Assembly: GCA_043807135.1 (NCBI GenBank) | Contig: JAZDGF010000008.1 | Span: 1 to 48,526, forward strand | DNA from: Candidatus Levyibacteriota bacterium | Lineage (GTDB): Bacteria > Patescibacteriota > Microgenomatia > Levybacterales > UBA12049 | DNA length: 48,526 nucleotides | Reading direction: 5' to 3' | Shown: positions 38,886 to 48,526 of the stretch, piece by piece | Layout: every line of letters starts with the position of its first letter | Numbering within the stretch: the stretch's first letter is position 1 | Notes under the pieces: generated by a model | What the model saw: only the letters and a program-made list of their open reading frames with translations | Told to the model about the DNA's origin: nothing | Database searches by the model: none | Position numbers and translations under genes: made by a program

Positions 38886-40050
38886 TTCCAATTGTCATCC
38901 ACATCCAAAACATTATAAAGGTATAAAAAAGAGAATTAATAAATAGACTACTTGCGATTAGTCCAATAAAAACAGAAAACATGATAAGTGAATATTGATC
39001 GCTTTTTTTTTGTAAAAAAAGCTTAATAAAATTTATAAGTAAAAATATATAGGCGATAAAACCAATAATTCCTGTTGTTGCAAGAACAAAAATAAAACTA
39101 TTTTCAACTCCTGCTCCTGCTCTGTCTAGTAAGGGGACCTTGCTTTGGCTATCTATAAACCCATATTTTCCCTGAGCATATCTGTAAGCATTAAATCCAA
39201 CTCCAAGTAAAGGATAATCAATAAAGATTGTAAGCCCCCTATTCATCGATGTTATCCTCTCATTTATTGAAGTTGTTCTAAACAGGTCTGTTCCTTCCGA
39301 CATGAATGATTTTGGAATTAAAGTTATACATAAAATTACCAGAAATATAAAACCTACAAACAATTTTTTTTTCTTACTTAAGATCAAAAATGTAATAACA
39401 GAAATAGTAAGTGCAACTAAAGCCGTTCTTGAGTAAGTAAGAAATATGCCTAAGAAAGTAAATGATAAAAAAAATAAATATATAGGGTTTTTTTCCTTTT
39501 TTAATAAATAAATTCCTGTAAAAAGTATAACAACAAAATATATACCTGCAAAATTAGGATCTAGAAATGTTGCAAACAGTCTATATAAATGCATATCCCA
39601 ACCAAGATAAGAAAGATTGGCCAGATTTGGATAAAAAAAGAATTGCAAATAACCTATTGCTAAAATCATAATTCCTGATAAGAAAAAGTATTTAATTATT
39701 TTTTCATTAAACTTCCTACTAAAATCTTTAAATACAAAATAAACCCCAGTAAAAATAATAAATCGCACAAGGTAAGAAAAAGCTACTAAAAACTGAGTCG
39801 ATGAGAAATTGTATAGATTAACTATTAAAGAAAGTGCTCCTGCAAGTACAAATAAACAAATTGAAAGTATTAATTTTCCTTTTATTTTTTTCTTGTTTAT
39901 CAAGGAATAAATAAACCAACCTAAAACAAGAAAAATTACACCAATGTCAAAAAATGTAAAAGAAAGATTGTTAAAATCAATTTTTCCTATTTGTCCAAAG
40001 GGAAGAAGAACTAATATTAAAAATATTGCTAAAAACTTTAAAACTGCCAT
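38869..40050 (-). CDS. O-antigen ligase/Wzy_C family membrane protein
   Basis: RLFATFLDPN, LTYSRTA, PLLGVGFN, N..I.VLA.TG pattern; many TM helices. Confidence 0.85.
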   Translation of the reverse strand: MAVLKFLAIFLILVLLPFGQIGKIDFNNLSFTFFDIGVIFLVLGWFIYSLINKKKIKGKLILSICLFVLAGALSLIVNLYNFSSTQFLVAFSYLVRFIIFTGVYFVFKDFSRKFNEKIIKYFFLSGIMILAIGYLQFFFYPNLANLSYLGWDMHLYRLFATFLDPNFAGIYFVVILFTGIYLLKKEKNPIYLFFLSFTFLGIFLTYSRTALVALTISVITFLILSKKKKLFVGFIFLVILCITLIPKSFMSEGTDLFRTTSINERITSMNRGLTIFIDYPLLGVGFNAYRYAQGKYGFIDSQSKVPLLDRAGAGVENSFIFVLATTGIIGFIAYIFLLINFIKLFLQKKSDQYSLIMFSVFIGLIASSLFINSLFYTFIMFWMWMTIGIIESK

Positions 40051-41672
40051 TTTATTCCACCTTCTGAATATAGTTTAACATTTGTTTTAGGATTAAGATA
40101 AATTAAATCCCAGGTCTTAAACCTTTCCGGAAGCTTAGCGTTTTGCACTGCAATAAAATTAAAACTATCGCCTTTTTTCACCCAAGAAGAATCAATAAAA
40201 GGAAACTTTATGTAATAAAGATTGTGAAATCCATATAAAAGAACCTTATCACTGTCTTTTATATTGTTTTTAAAATACCCGTCTGTATCATAAAAATCAC
40301 CAAAAGAAAAATTAAGATGACTAGTCAAAAATTCATCTTTTGTCTCTTTTCCCGTTAAGTATGGTATATATTTTATACTTGCAATACTTCTATACCCAAT
40401 GGTTGTTAAGCAAAGAAATATAACTAGCATTACAGAGAAAATTCTAAGCAAACTGTATCTTTTGAATTGATAGATTAAATAAGAAATCAAAATTGAAAAA
40501 GCGGGTAGATATGGTAGCAAATATCTTGCACCACCTTTTATTTCAGGAATACTCTTTCCATTAAATTCAAAGAAATACCAGCCTAATAAAGCTAAAAACA
40601 CATAAATGGTAATTAATTTAAGTGATTTTGCAAAACTTTTGTATTTTATTAAAATTAAAGGTATAAAAATTAGGTAAATCGGAGAAATTGGATCTGCTGC
40701 TTTTATAAAAATATTTAAGATTTCAGATATAAAATTTAAAGGATTCATAAATCCCAAATTAAAGTTATTTATTTTTACCAATCCAGATAAAAATGGGTAA
40801 ACAGGATTTCCTGTATTAATAAACGAAAGAATAAGCCATGGGGAAATTATAACTAAAACTGGAAAACTAATTAATAATGTATTTTTAATTTTTTGCCTCA
40901 TGTTTTCTTTTTGCATAAGAATTAAAATAAAGAAAATTAAAAGAGACATTAAAGACAATATCTTTACAGAAACTGCCAGTCCAATTAACACACCTGATTC
41001 TATTAACCATTTCTTATCTCTTGACTTAACCCACTCGATAAAACCCCAAAGTGCCAAAATTTCAAAAAAAGCTCTCGCTAAATCTATGTATGCTGTTGTT
41101 GATTGCCAAGAAACGACAATATTGCTGTAAAAAATAATCACTGCAATTATTGAAAAAGTTACGGGTAGAAATTTTCTTGAAAGCTTATAAATAACTATGC
41201 ATGTAAGTACTCCAAAACTGAAATGAATTAATTTTGCAAAGATCTCGGATGAAAACGCAAGTGCAGGAATATATAAAAGTTCAGTAAATTTTGGCATGCT
41301 TGAATAATAAAGAAGTCCTCCAGGAATATGATATATCGAACTATTAATTAGATATAGCTTAGGAAGCGTAAGATGATACCAGAGAGCATCAAATGCAAAT
41401 TCCGGGGAAAATACACCTGTTAGGTTTATTAACCCCTGAATCGCAAGTAAAAGAATCAGCAGGAAATTAAACTTTTTCTTAGGAATAGCTTTTATTAAGT
41501 TAAATATCTTTAACAACTTAATTTTTGATAATACGTTTCTATAAAAAATTAAAGTAAATATTATATAAAGAAGTGTAATTATTAATAGCACGCTTTTGTA
41601 AAGAAGCCCTGCAAAACCAAGTGCTAAAATAATATAGCCATATATTCCAATCAGAAATGCAATTTCAAACAT
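40038..41672 (-). CDS. GT-C (PMT/ArnT-like) membrane glycosyltransferase
   Basis: DALWYHL, AYIDL, SVK, TGNPVYP, RYLLP; polytopic. Confidence 0.75.
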   Translation of the reverse strand: MFEIAFLIGIYGYIILALGFAGLLYKSVLLIITLLYIIFTLIFYRNVLSKIKLLKIFNLIKAIPKKKFNFLLILLLAIQGLINLTGVFSPEFAFDALWYHLTLPKLYLINSSIYHIPGGLLYYSSMPKFTELLYIPALAFSSEIFAKLIHFSFGVLTCIVIYKLSRKFLPVTFSIIAVIIFYSNIVVSWQSTTAYIDLARAFFEILALWGFIEWVKSRDKKWLIESGVLIGLAVSVKILSLMSLLIFFILILMQKENMRQKIKNTLLISFPVLVIISPWLILSFINTGNPVYPFLSGLVKINNFNLGFMNPLNFISEILNIFIKAADPISPIYLIFIPLILIKYKSFAKSLKLITIYVFLALLGWYFFEFNGKSIPEIKGGARYLLPYLPAFSILISYLIYQFKRYSLLRIFSVMLVIFLCLTTIGYRSIASIKYIPYLTGKETKDEFLTSHLNFSFGDFYDTDGYFKNNIKDSDKVLLYGFHNLYYIKFPFIDSSWVKKGDSFNFIAVQNAKLPERFKTWDLIYLNPKTNVKLYSEGGIKWQF

Positions 41673-42693
41673 ATTTATTAAGTTTTACTTTAGGAATAAA
41701 TTTATTTACAATTTCAACAATCCCAATTGTTAAGGCTGGAACAAAAGGAACAGTAAATCTTGAAAATTCTTCAAGAAGTTTATCTGGCGATAGAGAAAAT
41801 ATAAACAAAAGAGAAAAAACAAACCAGTAAAGTGAAATCATATGAAAAACTGATTTATGCCTTGAGAAATATAAACCAATTAAGGCAAATAAGTTTATAG
41901 ATAAATAAAACATGCCTGAAAAAAATATTCTATACTGACCTGAATCAAGTACTCTAAAAATGTCTTTTATTATCTGAGTAGTGCCTATAACAACTGTTTC
42001 AAAAGAATTATATTTAATAAATTGAACAAAAATTAAATCTTGACCAAAAACTAAATAATTATATAAAAAAAAGCTAACCAACCCAATAAGAAAAGTAATT
42101 ATTATTTTTCTTATTCCTAAAAACTCTTTTTTAGTAAACATGAAAAAAATAAGTGCAAAAAGTAAAGAAATAGAAATAAGCCTTACTGTAAATGCCATAC
42201 CAATAATTAGCCCTACTGTGTAATACTTTTTTTTCAAAAAGACAAAAATTGAAAGTAATAATAAAAATAGAGTAACTGGCTCTGTAGAAACTTTAACTGA
42301 TTGATAAAGCCATATTGGAGGAAAAATTGAAAATAGCGCTGTAAAGATAATGTTTTTTTTAGTTATTATCCAAAATATTACTATTGATGCTATCGTAACG
42401 AGAATATTTATTAATAGCGCTGCAATAAGTTTTGAATTTATAACATAATCCACAATAATAATCATTACTGGATAACCTGGAAATAAACGCCAATCATTTT
42501 CAGATAAATTACTATTTTTTACTGAGCCTTGTGCTAAAGCGGTGGCATAATTTAAATAATTATCCTGTTGCAGATTAAAACTTGGATTATTAGTCTTAAC
42601 TTCAAAAACTATTAGTCTTAAAATTACCGAGACTAAAATTATCAGCAAAATAGGTTTATATTTTTCTAAAATATAATTTAGTGAAAAATGCAT
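41665..42693 (-). CDS. GT-C-like membrane glycosyltransferase
   Basis: DNYLNYA, LFPGYP, STEP, SRF motifs; ATG 42693 after GGGAGA; true start may lie upstream via a frameshift. Confidence 0.7.
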   Translation of the reverse strand: MHFSLNYILEKYKPILLIILVSVILRLIVFEVKTNNPSFNLQQDNYLNYATALAQGSVKNSNLSENDWRLFPGYPVMIIIVDYVINSKLIAALLINILVTIASIVIFWIITKKNIIFTALFSIFPPIWLYQSVKVSTEPVTLFLLLLSIFVFLKKKYYTVGLIIGMAFTVRLISISLLFALIFFMFTKKEFLGIRKIIITFLIGLVSFFLYNYLVFGQDLIFVQFIKYNSFETVVIGTTQIIKDIFRVLDSGQYRIFFSGMFYLSINLFALIGLYFSRHKSVFHMISLYWFVFSLLFIFSLSPDKLLEEFSRFTVPFVPALTIGIVEIVNKFIPKVKLNKYV

Positions 42694-42774
42694 ATTTCTC
42701 CCTTGCAAAGTAGATTTAAAAAATAAAAAAGCAAAACGAAAAAAGAAAATAGAAGATAAATGATTAATAAATAT

Positions 42775-43545
42775 TTATTCATTTTCTTTAGTTAACATCC
42801 AAAGTTTTCCACGTACTAAAAATGAGTGAAAAGACATAAGTAGCGCTGATATTAATCCGGGAACTCCGTCTAAAAATCCTCTCTTTACAAAAAAATTCAT
42901 TATAAATTTCCCCTTTGTGTAAATAGGTATTGAAAGCCAATTCGCCTTCTTTCCCTCTTTATAAAGTTCTTCTGCTCTAATGCTTGTATAAAAGTTAATT
43001 TCTTTTAAAAATACTTCTAATGTTTGATGAGGGTAATGATATAAAACATTATTTAATTTCCTAATCCTACCTTCAATCTTCCATTCTTCATGAACTGCTC
43101 CTATCCATTTACCTGAATTTCTTTTTGCAAGTCTTACAAAGCTCGATTTTCCAATTTCACCATGTCTTAACTCTTTTCCCCAAATATTATCTACTCTTTT
43201 TAATGAGTAACCTAAAACCCCCTTACTATTACTTACTACACTAACGATTTCATTTCTTAACGGTTCAGGCACTCTTTCATCTGCGTCTACAAATAAAACC
43301 CACTCTTTTTTGACCTTAGTAAGAGCAAAATTTCTTTGAAGACTAAAGTTATCATTTGATTTGTGTTTATAAATATTAATTTTTGAACTATTAACTGTTT
43401 TTATTCTCTCTATTGTTGAATCTGTAGAAAAGTCATCAATAATAATTATCTCATCACACCATAAAAGAGTTTCTAAACAACTTTCAATGTTTTTCTCTTC
43501 ATTCTTTACTAAAATTACTGCACTTAAAAGGTCTGACTTGAGCAT
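42775..43545 (-). CDS. GT2 glycosyltransferase (WaaE/KdtX-like)
   Basis: KNEEKNI, DDFSTD, QRNFAL, VDADE, VHE, GFLDG. Confidence 0.9.
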   Translation of the reverse strand: MLKSDLLSAVILVKNEEKNIESCLETLLWCDEIIIIDDFSTDSTIERIKTVNSSKINIYKHKSNDNFSLQRNFALTKVKKEWVLFVDADERVPEPLRNEIVSVVSNSKGVLGYSLKRVDNIWGKELRHGEIGKSSFVRLAKRNSGKWIGAVHEEWKIEGRIRKLNNVLYHYPHQTLEVFLKEINFYTSIRAEELYKEGKKANWLSIPIYTKGKFIMNFFVKRGFLDGVPGLISALLMSFHSFLVRGKLWMLTKENE

Positions 43546-43588
43546 AAATTCATTTCTATCTTACTTTATTCTGATATAATTAATCAAC

Positions 43589-45124
43589 ATGCGGGTAAGA
43601 ACATTAATTTTTGCAATTATATTTCTTATTTCACGCTTTTTTTTAAATAATCCTCAACCTGTTTTTTTTGATTCACCAGAGTATATTGCAAGATTCTCAG
43701 ATCCTAATTTTTTACAGGCGATTTATTCAGGCCATATCCCTCTGCACTTAGGATATATTCTAATTTCTTGGCCGATTTATCAATTATTTTTGTTTTTAGG
43801 ACAAAATCCTTTATATTACGTGCTCATCTTACAAACAATACTTTCCTTTTTAGGAATAATTGCTTTTTATAAGATTACATGTGCGTTAAGCAACAAAAAT
43901 GTTGCGCTTATTTCCTCCATAATTATAAGTTTTTTACCCTTATTTTGGATTACAAACGTTTCAGTTATGATGGAGGCAATCTACATTCCTTTCTTTTTTA
44001 TATCCTTATATTTTCTATATAAATATTCTGCTAAGAACAATTTATTTAATCTTTTATTGTTTTCTCTTTTTTGGGGTCTTTCCTTTTTGACTCATTCTGC
44101 CATCTTACTTTGGACTCCATTTATACTTTATTTTATATATATTAGGAACAGAAAAAAGATTTTAAGAGTAACAATTGCTTTTTCTATTTCGCTTATCTTG
44201 TTTAGCTTTATTAATAGCTATTTTATATCTATCTTAAACAATAATATATTATTAGGACTCTCAGATCTCTACTTAAAAGAACTAGGATCACGGGCAAATT
44301 TAAATTTTAGCATTATATCTATCGCAGTTATCTTTAGAAATTTTCTTATTCCTCTTCTAAGAAATAATACAAGCTTAGTTATTCTTTTAGGATTTGTTTC
44401 TTTGTTTTCTTTATTTAAGAAAAACAAACAGCTTTTTATTTTATCTCTGCTTTGGATTATTCCGTCACTTATTACAAATCAGTGGTGGGATTCTCTTTTT
44501 TTTGGAAGACATGCCTTAATTTCAAGCTTTGCTTTTGCATTTTTAACTTCACTTCTTATTTATAAACACAAATTTGCCATAATTATCGTTATTTTTTATC
44601 TTTCTATTACTACTATTCCTGCCATGTTTCTTCTGAAAACAGATATTCCTTATCTTGTTCTAAAAGCTGAAGTACAAAAGCTTCCTTCAGGTGGACTGTA
44701 TATTGAAAGTCACTTTGCAAGACCACAGCTTGATAAAGTTTATTCTGGAAACCAACACTTTGTAGATGAACCAAGCTATGCAACCGTTAATTTAAAAGAT
44801 GAAATTGACATAACCTTTAAAGAGAACAAACCTGTTTTTATTTCATCTCAGGCGCTTTCCGAACCATATGGATTATATTCAGGTCCATATTTACACAATC
44901 TTGCTTTATCTTATAGAAATGATTTTGTACTAAAAGATACTCTTGAAAACTACTCTTTAAAACCTTACCTTGTTATAAATAAAGAAGATAACTTGATAAT
45001 ATATAAAATTAAATCAATAAAAAGATCTCCTTATCCTGAAGTAAAATCAATGAAAAAAAACAAAAGAAGATTAGATTATTATGATCCGCTTTTTAAGCTA
45101 TGGCTTTTTTTCTATAAGAAATAA
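43589..45124 (+). CDS. GT-C-like polytopic membrane protein
   Basis: FFDSPEY loop after TM1, HxGY, ME motif, many TM helices, soluble C-terminus. Confidence 0.65.
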   Translation: MRVRTLIFAIIFLISRFFLNNPQPVFFDSPEYIARFSDPNFLQAIYSGHIPLHLGYILISWPIYQLFLFLGQNPLYYVLILQTILSFLGIIAFYKITCALSNKNVALISSIIISFLPLFWITNVSVMMEAIYIPFFFISLYFLYKYSAKNNLFNLLLFSLFWGLSFLTHSAILLWTPFILYFIYIRNRKKILRVTIAFSISLILFSFINSYFISILNNNILLGLSDLYLKELGSRANLNFSIISIAVIFRNFLIPLLRNNTSLVILLGFVSLFSLFKKNKQLFILSLLWIIPSLITNQWWDSLFFGRHALISSFAFAFLTSLLIYKHKFAIIIVIFYLSITTIPAMFLLKTDIPYLVLKAEVQKLPSGGLYIESHFARPQLDKVYSGNQHFVDEPSYATVNLKDEIDITFKENKPVFISSQALSEPYGLYSGPYLHNLALSYRNDFVLKDTLENYSLKPYLVINKEDNLIIYKIKSIKRSPYPEVKSMKKNKRRLDYYDPLFKLWLFFYKK

Positions 45125-45181
45125 AAACTACTTACATGTCTTTTATTAAATGTTGTAATTATCCAATTTTGACCATATAAT

Positions 45182-46408
45182 ATGGTATTGAATATGATAA
45201 ACAAATGCCGCTCGTGTAAGTCAAGAAATATTGAAGATGTTATTTCTTTAGGAAATCTTTATTTACCTTATTTTACAAAAGGTAACAAAAAACCACCTAA
45301 GTTTCCACTCACACTTACCCTTTGCAAAGATTGCTATCTACTTCAATTAAAACATACTACGCCCACCCACCTTTTATATAACAATAATTACGGATATAAA
45401 TCTGGTATAAATAAAACAATGCAAGATCACCTTAAAGAGATAGCCATTGATGCGTTAAAAAAACATAATAATTCCAAACGAAAAGCTCTATGTCTTGATA
45501 TTGGAGCAAATGACGGAACACTATTAAAAAACTATCCAAAGAATATATATAAAGTTGGAATAGAGCCGATTGAAAAATACGCAAAAGAATGCAAAAAATA
45601 CGCAGATTTAGTAATAAATGATTTTTTTAATTATAAATCTTATAAAAATAAACTGGGGGGGAAAAAAGCAGATATTATAACTGCTATATCTTGTTTTTAT
45701 GATATGCCTGATCCAAATAAATTTGTAAAAGATGTTACAAAAATATTAGATAAAAACGGAGTATTTATTATTCAACAAAATTATTTGCCATCTATGTTAA
45801 GGTTGAATGCATTTGACAATATTGTACATGAACATTTAGAGTATTACTCACTAACATCTCTTAATAACTTATTAAAACGACATAATCTTGAAATTTTTGA
45901 CGTAAAGCTAGCTGACTTAAATGGCGGAAGCTTCAGGACATATATTTCACATGAAGGAAAACAAAAAAAATTAAATTCTGTTAATAAAATGATAAAAATA
46001 GAAAAAAAATTAAAACTTACCAATAAGAAAACATATTTTGAATTTGCAAAAAGAATTAATATAAATAAAGATCTGGTTAAAAAATTTATTAGTAAAGAAG
46101 TAGGGAAAGGAAAAAAAGTATATATCTACGGAGCATCTACAAGAGGCAATACGCTTCTTCAGTATTTTGAACTAAGTAAAGCACTTATTCCTTATGCTGT
46201 TGAGAGAAATGCGGAAAAATGGGGGAAAAAAATAGCATCACTAGATATACCTATTATCTCTGAAAAACAAGCAAGAATCCATAAACCAGACTATATGTTA
46301 GTTTTACCCTGGTTTTTTAAAAAAGAGTTTGTTAAGCGAGAAAAAAACTATCTTAAAAATGGCGGTAGATTTATCTTTCCATTACCGAATTTTAAAGTTG
46401 TTAAGTAG
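45182..46408 (+). CDS. NDP-hexose C-methyltransferase family (Zn-binding N-terminus, class I SAM)
   Basis: CRSC/CKDC, DIGANDGTLL, FDNIVHEHLEYY, GGSFR, YGASTRGNTLL, PDY..VLPW. Confidence 0.88.
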   Translation: MVLNMINKCRSCKSRNIEDVISLGNLYLPYFTKGNKKPPKFPLTLTLCKDCYLLQLKHTTPTHLLYNNNYGYKSGINKTMQDHLKEIAIDALKKHNNSKRKALCLDIGANDGTLLKNYPKNIYKVGIEPIEKYAKECKKYADLVINDFFNYKSYKNKLGGKKADIITAISCFYDMPDPNKFVKDVTKILDKNGVFIIQQNYLPSMLRLNAFDNIVHEHLEYYSLTSLNNLLKRHNLEIFDVKLADLNGGSFRTYISHEGKQKKLNSVNKMIKIEKKLKLTNKKTYFEFAKRININKDLVKKFISKEVGKGKKVYIYGASTRGNTLLQYFELSKALIPYAVERNAEKWGKKIASLDIPIISEKQARIHKPDYMLVLPWFFKKEFVKREKNYLKNGGRFIFPLPNFKVVK

Positions 46409-46428
46409 GGAAAAAATCTATTGATCTA

Positions 46429-47148
46429 TTATCTTTTTGTAATACGCATCTTAACAACAAAATATAATGATACAATTAATTCTTTGAAGTTAACATTCGA
46501 TTTTCCATGTATTCTATAATTCCAAGTAATAGGAACTTCTCCAATATTATATCCTGATAAAGATACTACGTATAATGTTTCCGATAAAGCAATAAAACCC
46601 TTTGCTTCTATATCTGAAGTAATTAGTTTCCTAACTGCTTTTCTGCTGTAAAATCTAAAACCGCTAGTAAAATCTGAAACATTAATTCCTAACCAAAGAC
46701 GCAAAAACTTGTTTATAATCCTACTTAAAATTGTTCTGTTTTTTGCAATGTTTACTATTTTTCCTCCAGGTAAATATCGAGATCCAATAATTAAATCGAA
46801 GTTATTATTTTTTGCCTTCCTAAAAAACCTCTTAAATTCAACAGGGTTATGAGCTAAATCTGAATCCATTTCAAATATATACTTTATCCTGTTATCCTTT
46901 AGAGCCTCTTTAAAACCTCTAATCATAGCTGATCCTCTTCCTAACTTTTTAAATCTTGAAATAAGAATTACTTTTTTATTTTTCTTAATTATTTTATTTA
47001 TTTCTTTATTTACTTGTGCATTGGAATCATCAACAATAATTATTTTTGAGCCCATTAGTACAGAGCTAATTTTATTAATTAAGATATGAATATTTTCAAC
47101 TTCGTTATATGATGGAGTTACTATTGCAATTTCTGTGGCATTTATCAT
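46429..47148 (-). CDS. Polyprenol monophosphomannose synthase-like GT2 (DPM1-like)
   Basis: PSYNE, VDDS, EMDSDLAH, GSRY, DFTSGFR. Confidence 0.88.
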   Translation of the reverse strand: MINATEIAIVTPSYNEVENIHILINKISSVLMGSKIIIVDDSNAQVNKEINKIIKKNKKVILISRFKKLGRGSAMIRGFKEALKDNRIKYIFEMDSDLAHNPVEFKRFFRKAKNNNFDLIIGSRYLPGGKIVNIAKNRTILSRIINKFLRLWLGINVSDFTSGFRFYSRKAVRKLITSDIEAKGFIALSETLYVVSLSGYNIGEVPITWNYRIHGKSNVNFKELIVSLYFVVKMRITKR

Positions 47149-47269
47149 GACTTATATTAAATAAATAGAATTAATATCAAAATCTTTTATAACTATATCA
47201 TATTTATGTAATGTTTTGAAATAATTGCTTTCTTTACAGTAAAAACTTTATTTGATAGAATTTTATTTT

Positions 47270-48064
47270 ATGAATTCAAAAATAAATTTTGAAAAATACT
47301 TCAGAAGATTTCTTAGAATTTCTCCTCTCAGTATAGCTGTGTGGAGAACCGTGGAAGCTGGATATTTATCAAAATATAAACTGAAACCTCCAGTTTTAGA
47401 TATTGGCTGTGGGTTTGGAGAGTTTATTCAAGGATTTACAGATGAAAAAATTGATGTTGGAATTGATATAAATGCAAAAGATCTACTCACTGCAGCTAAA
47501 AATAACAGATATAAAAGCCTACTTTTGGAAGACGCTAGAAAACTATCTTTTTCAAATAATACTTTTGAAACAATTATTTCTATAAGTACTTTTGAACACA
47601 TTAAAAATCCTCAAAAGGTTTTTAATGAGTGTTACAGAGTTTTAAAACCTGGCGGTATGTTGATAGCAACTATTGAGACTGAAAAAGTAGATAGTAATAC
47701 ATTTTATAGACCTTTTTTAAGAAAAATAGGACTGACTTTTTTAAGTAACTATCTTGAAAAAAGTTACAATAATTTTTTTAGCAGGCATGTTATCACAGAA
47801 AGCAAGGCTTGGGAAAAATTTGCAAAAAAAAGTGGCTTTAAGATAGAAAGAGCAGATAGCATTATCTCTCCAAGCGTTGTTAAACTTTATGATATTTTTA
47901 TCTTAACTTCTTGGCCATCTCAAATACTTAAAATAATATTTGGAAAAAGAATTGTTATAAGGCCGAAATTTATAGAAAATTATTTAGTGAAAAAATTTCT
48001 TAAATATATCAAAGATTCAAATAATGGAACAAATCTTTTTCTGGTTGCGAAAAAGAGGATCTAG
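47270..48064 (+). CDS. Class I SAM-dependent methyltransferase
   Basis: LDIGCGFG, FEHI, RVLKPGG; start placed at ATG 47270. Confidence 0.9.
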   Translation: MNSKINFEKYFRRFLRISPLSIAVWRTVEAGYLSKYKLKPPVLDIGCGFGEFIQGFTDEKIDVGIDINAKDLLTAAKNNRYKSLLLEDARKLSFSNNTFETIISISTFEHIKNPQKVFNECYRVLKPGGMLIATIETEKVDSNTFYRPFLRKIGLTFLSNYLEKSYNNFFSRHVITESKAWEKFAKKSGFKIERADSIISPSVVKLYDIFILTSWPSQILKIIFGKRIVIRPKFIENYLVKKFLKYIKDSNNGTNLFLVAKKRI

Positions 48065-48067
48065 TTT

Positions 48068-48526
48068 TTAAAAATTGAAGCTGTTTGTTGTTTTATCTTC
48101 TTTTTTAATTAATTTTATATTGCCAGATTCCTCTGAAATGAAAAACTTAATTTCTTCATTATTTTTTGATGGAGCCTTTCCAAGCCACCAAGTTAAATAC
48201 TCCGTATTCATCGTAAAACTTCTAAATTCGCTACCTATTCCCCTTCCAATTAAATTATAATTATGCCCCTCAGATTCGCTAATTATTTTTTTTGAGACCT
48301 GAATTCTTTGTTTTAAGGTAGGAGAATAAGTATAGAAATTACTATTTTGTAAAAATGGAAATACATTTAAGGCACCAATTGCTAAAATCAAAAATATACC
48401 AATAATTTTCGTTTTTCTAAATTTTAAAATATAATTTAAAGAAAATCCTGTTAAAAGGACTATCACAGGAAATAAAATAGGAAGATAAGCTTCAGATACT
48501 ACACCAGCAACTATGATGCCCAAAAG
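48068..48526 (-). CDS. C-terminal part of a membrane protein, probably GT-C (5'-truncated by window edge)
   Basis: TM helices followed by soluble tail; glycosylation locus context. Confidence 0.5.
   Translation of the reverse strand, partial: LLGIIVAGVVSEAYLPILFPVIVLLTGFSLNYILKFRKTKIIGIFLILAIGALNVFPFLQNSNFYTYSPTLKQRIQVSKKIISESEGHNYNLIGRGIGSEFRSFTMNTEYLTWWLGKAPSKNNEEIKFFISEESGNIKLIKKEDKTTNSFNF

Overview
AT-rich bacterial chromosomal window in standard code 11. The compact gene set, small hypothetical ORFs, GT-C-rich glycosylation locus and tRNAs lacking encoded CCA suggest Patescibacteria/CPR, probably Microgenomates (inference). Bases 3.86-48.5 kb are mostly housekeeping: a GH-A hydrolase, YkuK, holA, PMM/PGI/ppsA/eno, rsmI, lexA-uvrB, rplS, pyrG, tRNA-Gly/Asp/Thr, a LysM protein, a long polX-lemA-htpX-murT-gatD-gatCAB-GGDEF-dnaE-atp run, and a surface glycosylation cluster. 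The first 3.7 kb is unusual. It holds (i) the 3' end of a probable DGR variable protein with a VR-like codon signature, and (ii) at least five same-orientation degenerate sites resembling a tRNA T-loop plus GGGT-A-CA 3' end. On the minus strand these sites encode orphan tails like those of tRNA-targeting serine recombinases. They delimit 100-700 bp units carrying a thrice-repeated sigma70 promoter and two families of four-Cys microproteins, a candidate integron-like array of miniature att-flanked cassettes. The region also has (iii) a self-contained ~80-nt RNA with three GNRA-capped hairpins. Further along are an unannotated lexA-coupled microprotein and a pseudoknot-like tRNA-Asp leader. No RT, template repeat or recombinase gene is inside the window, so the mechanistic parts are inference.
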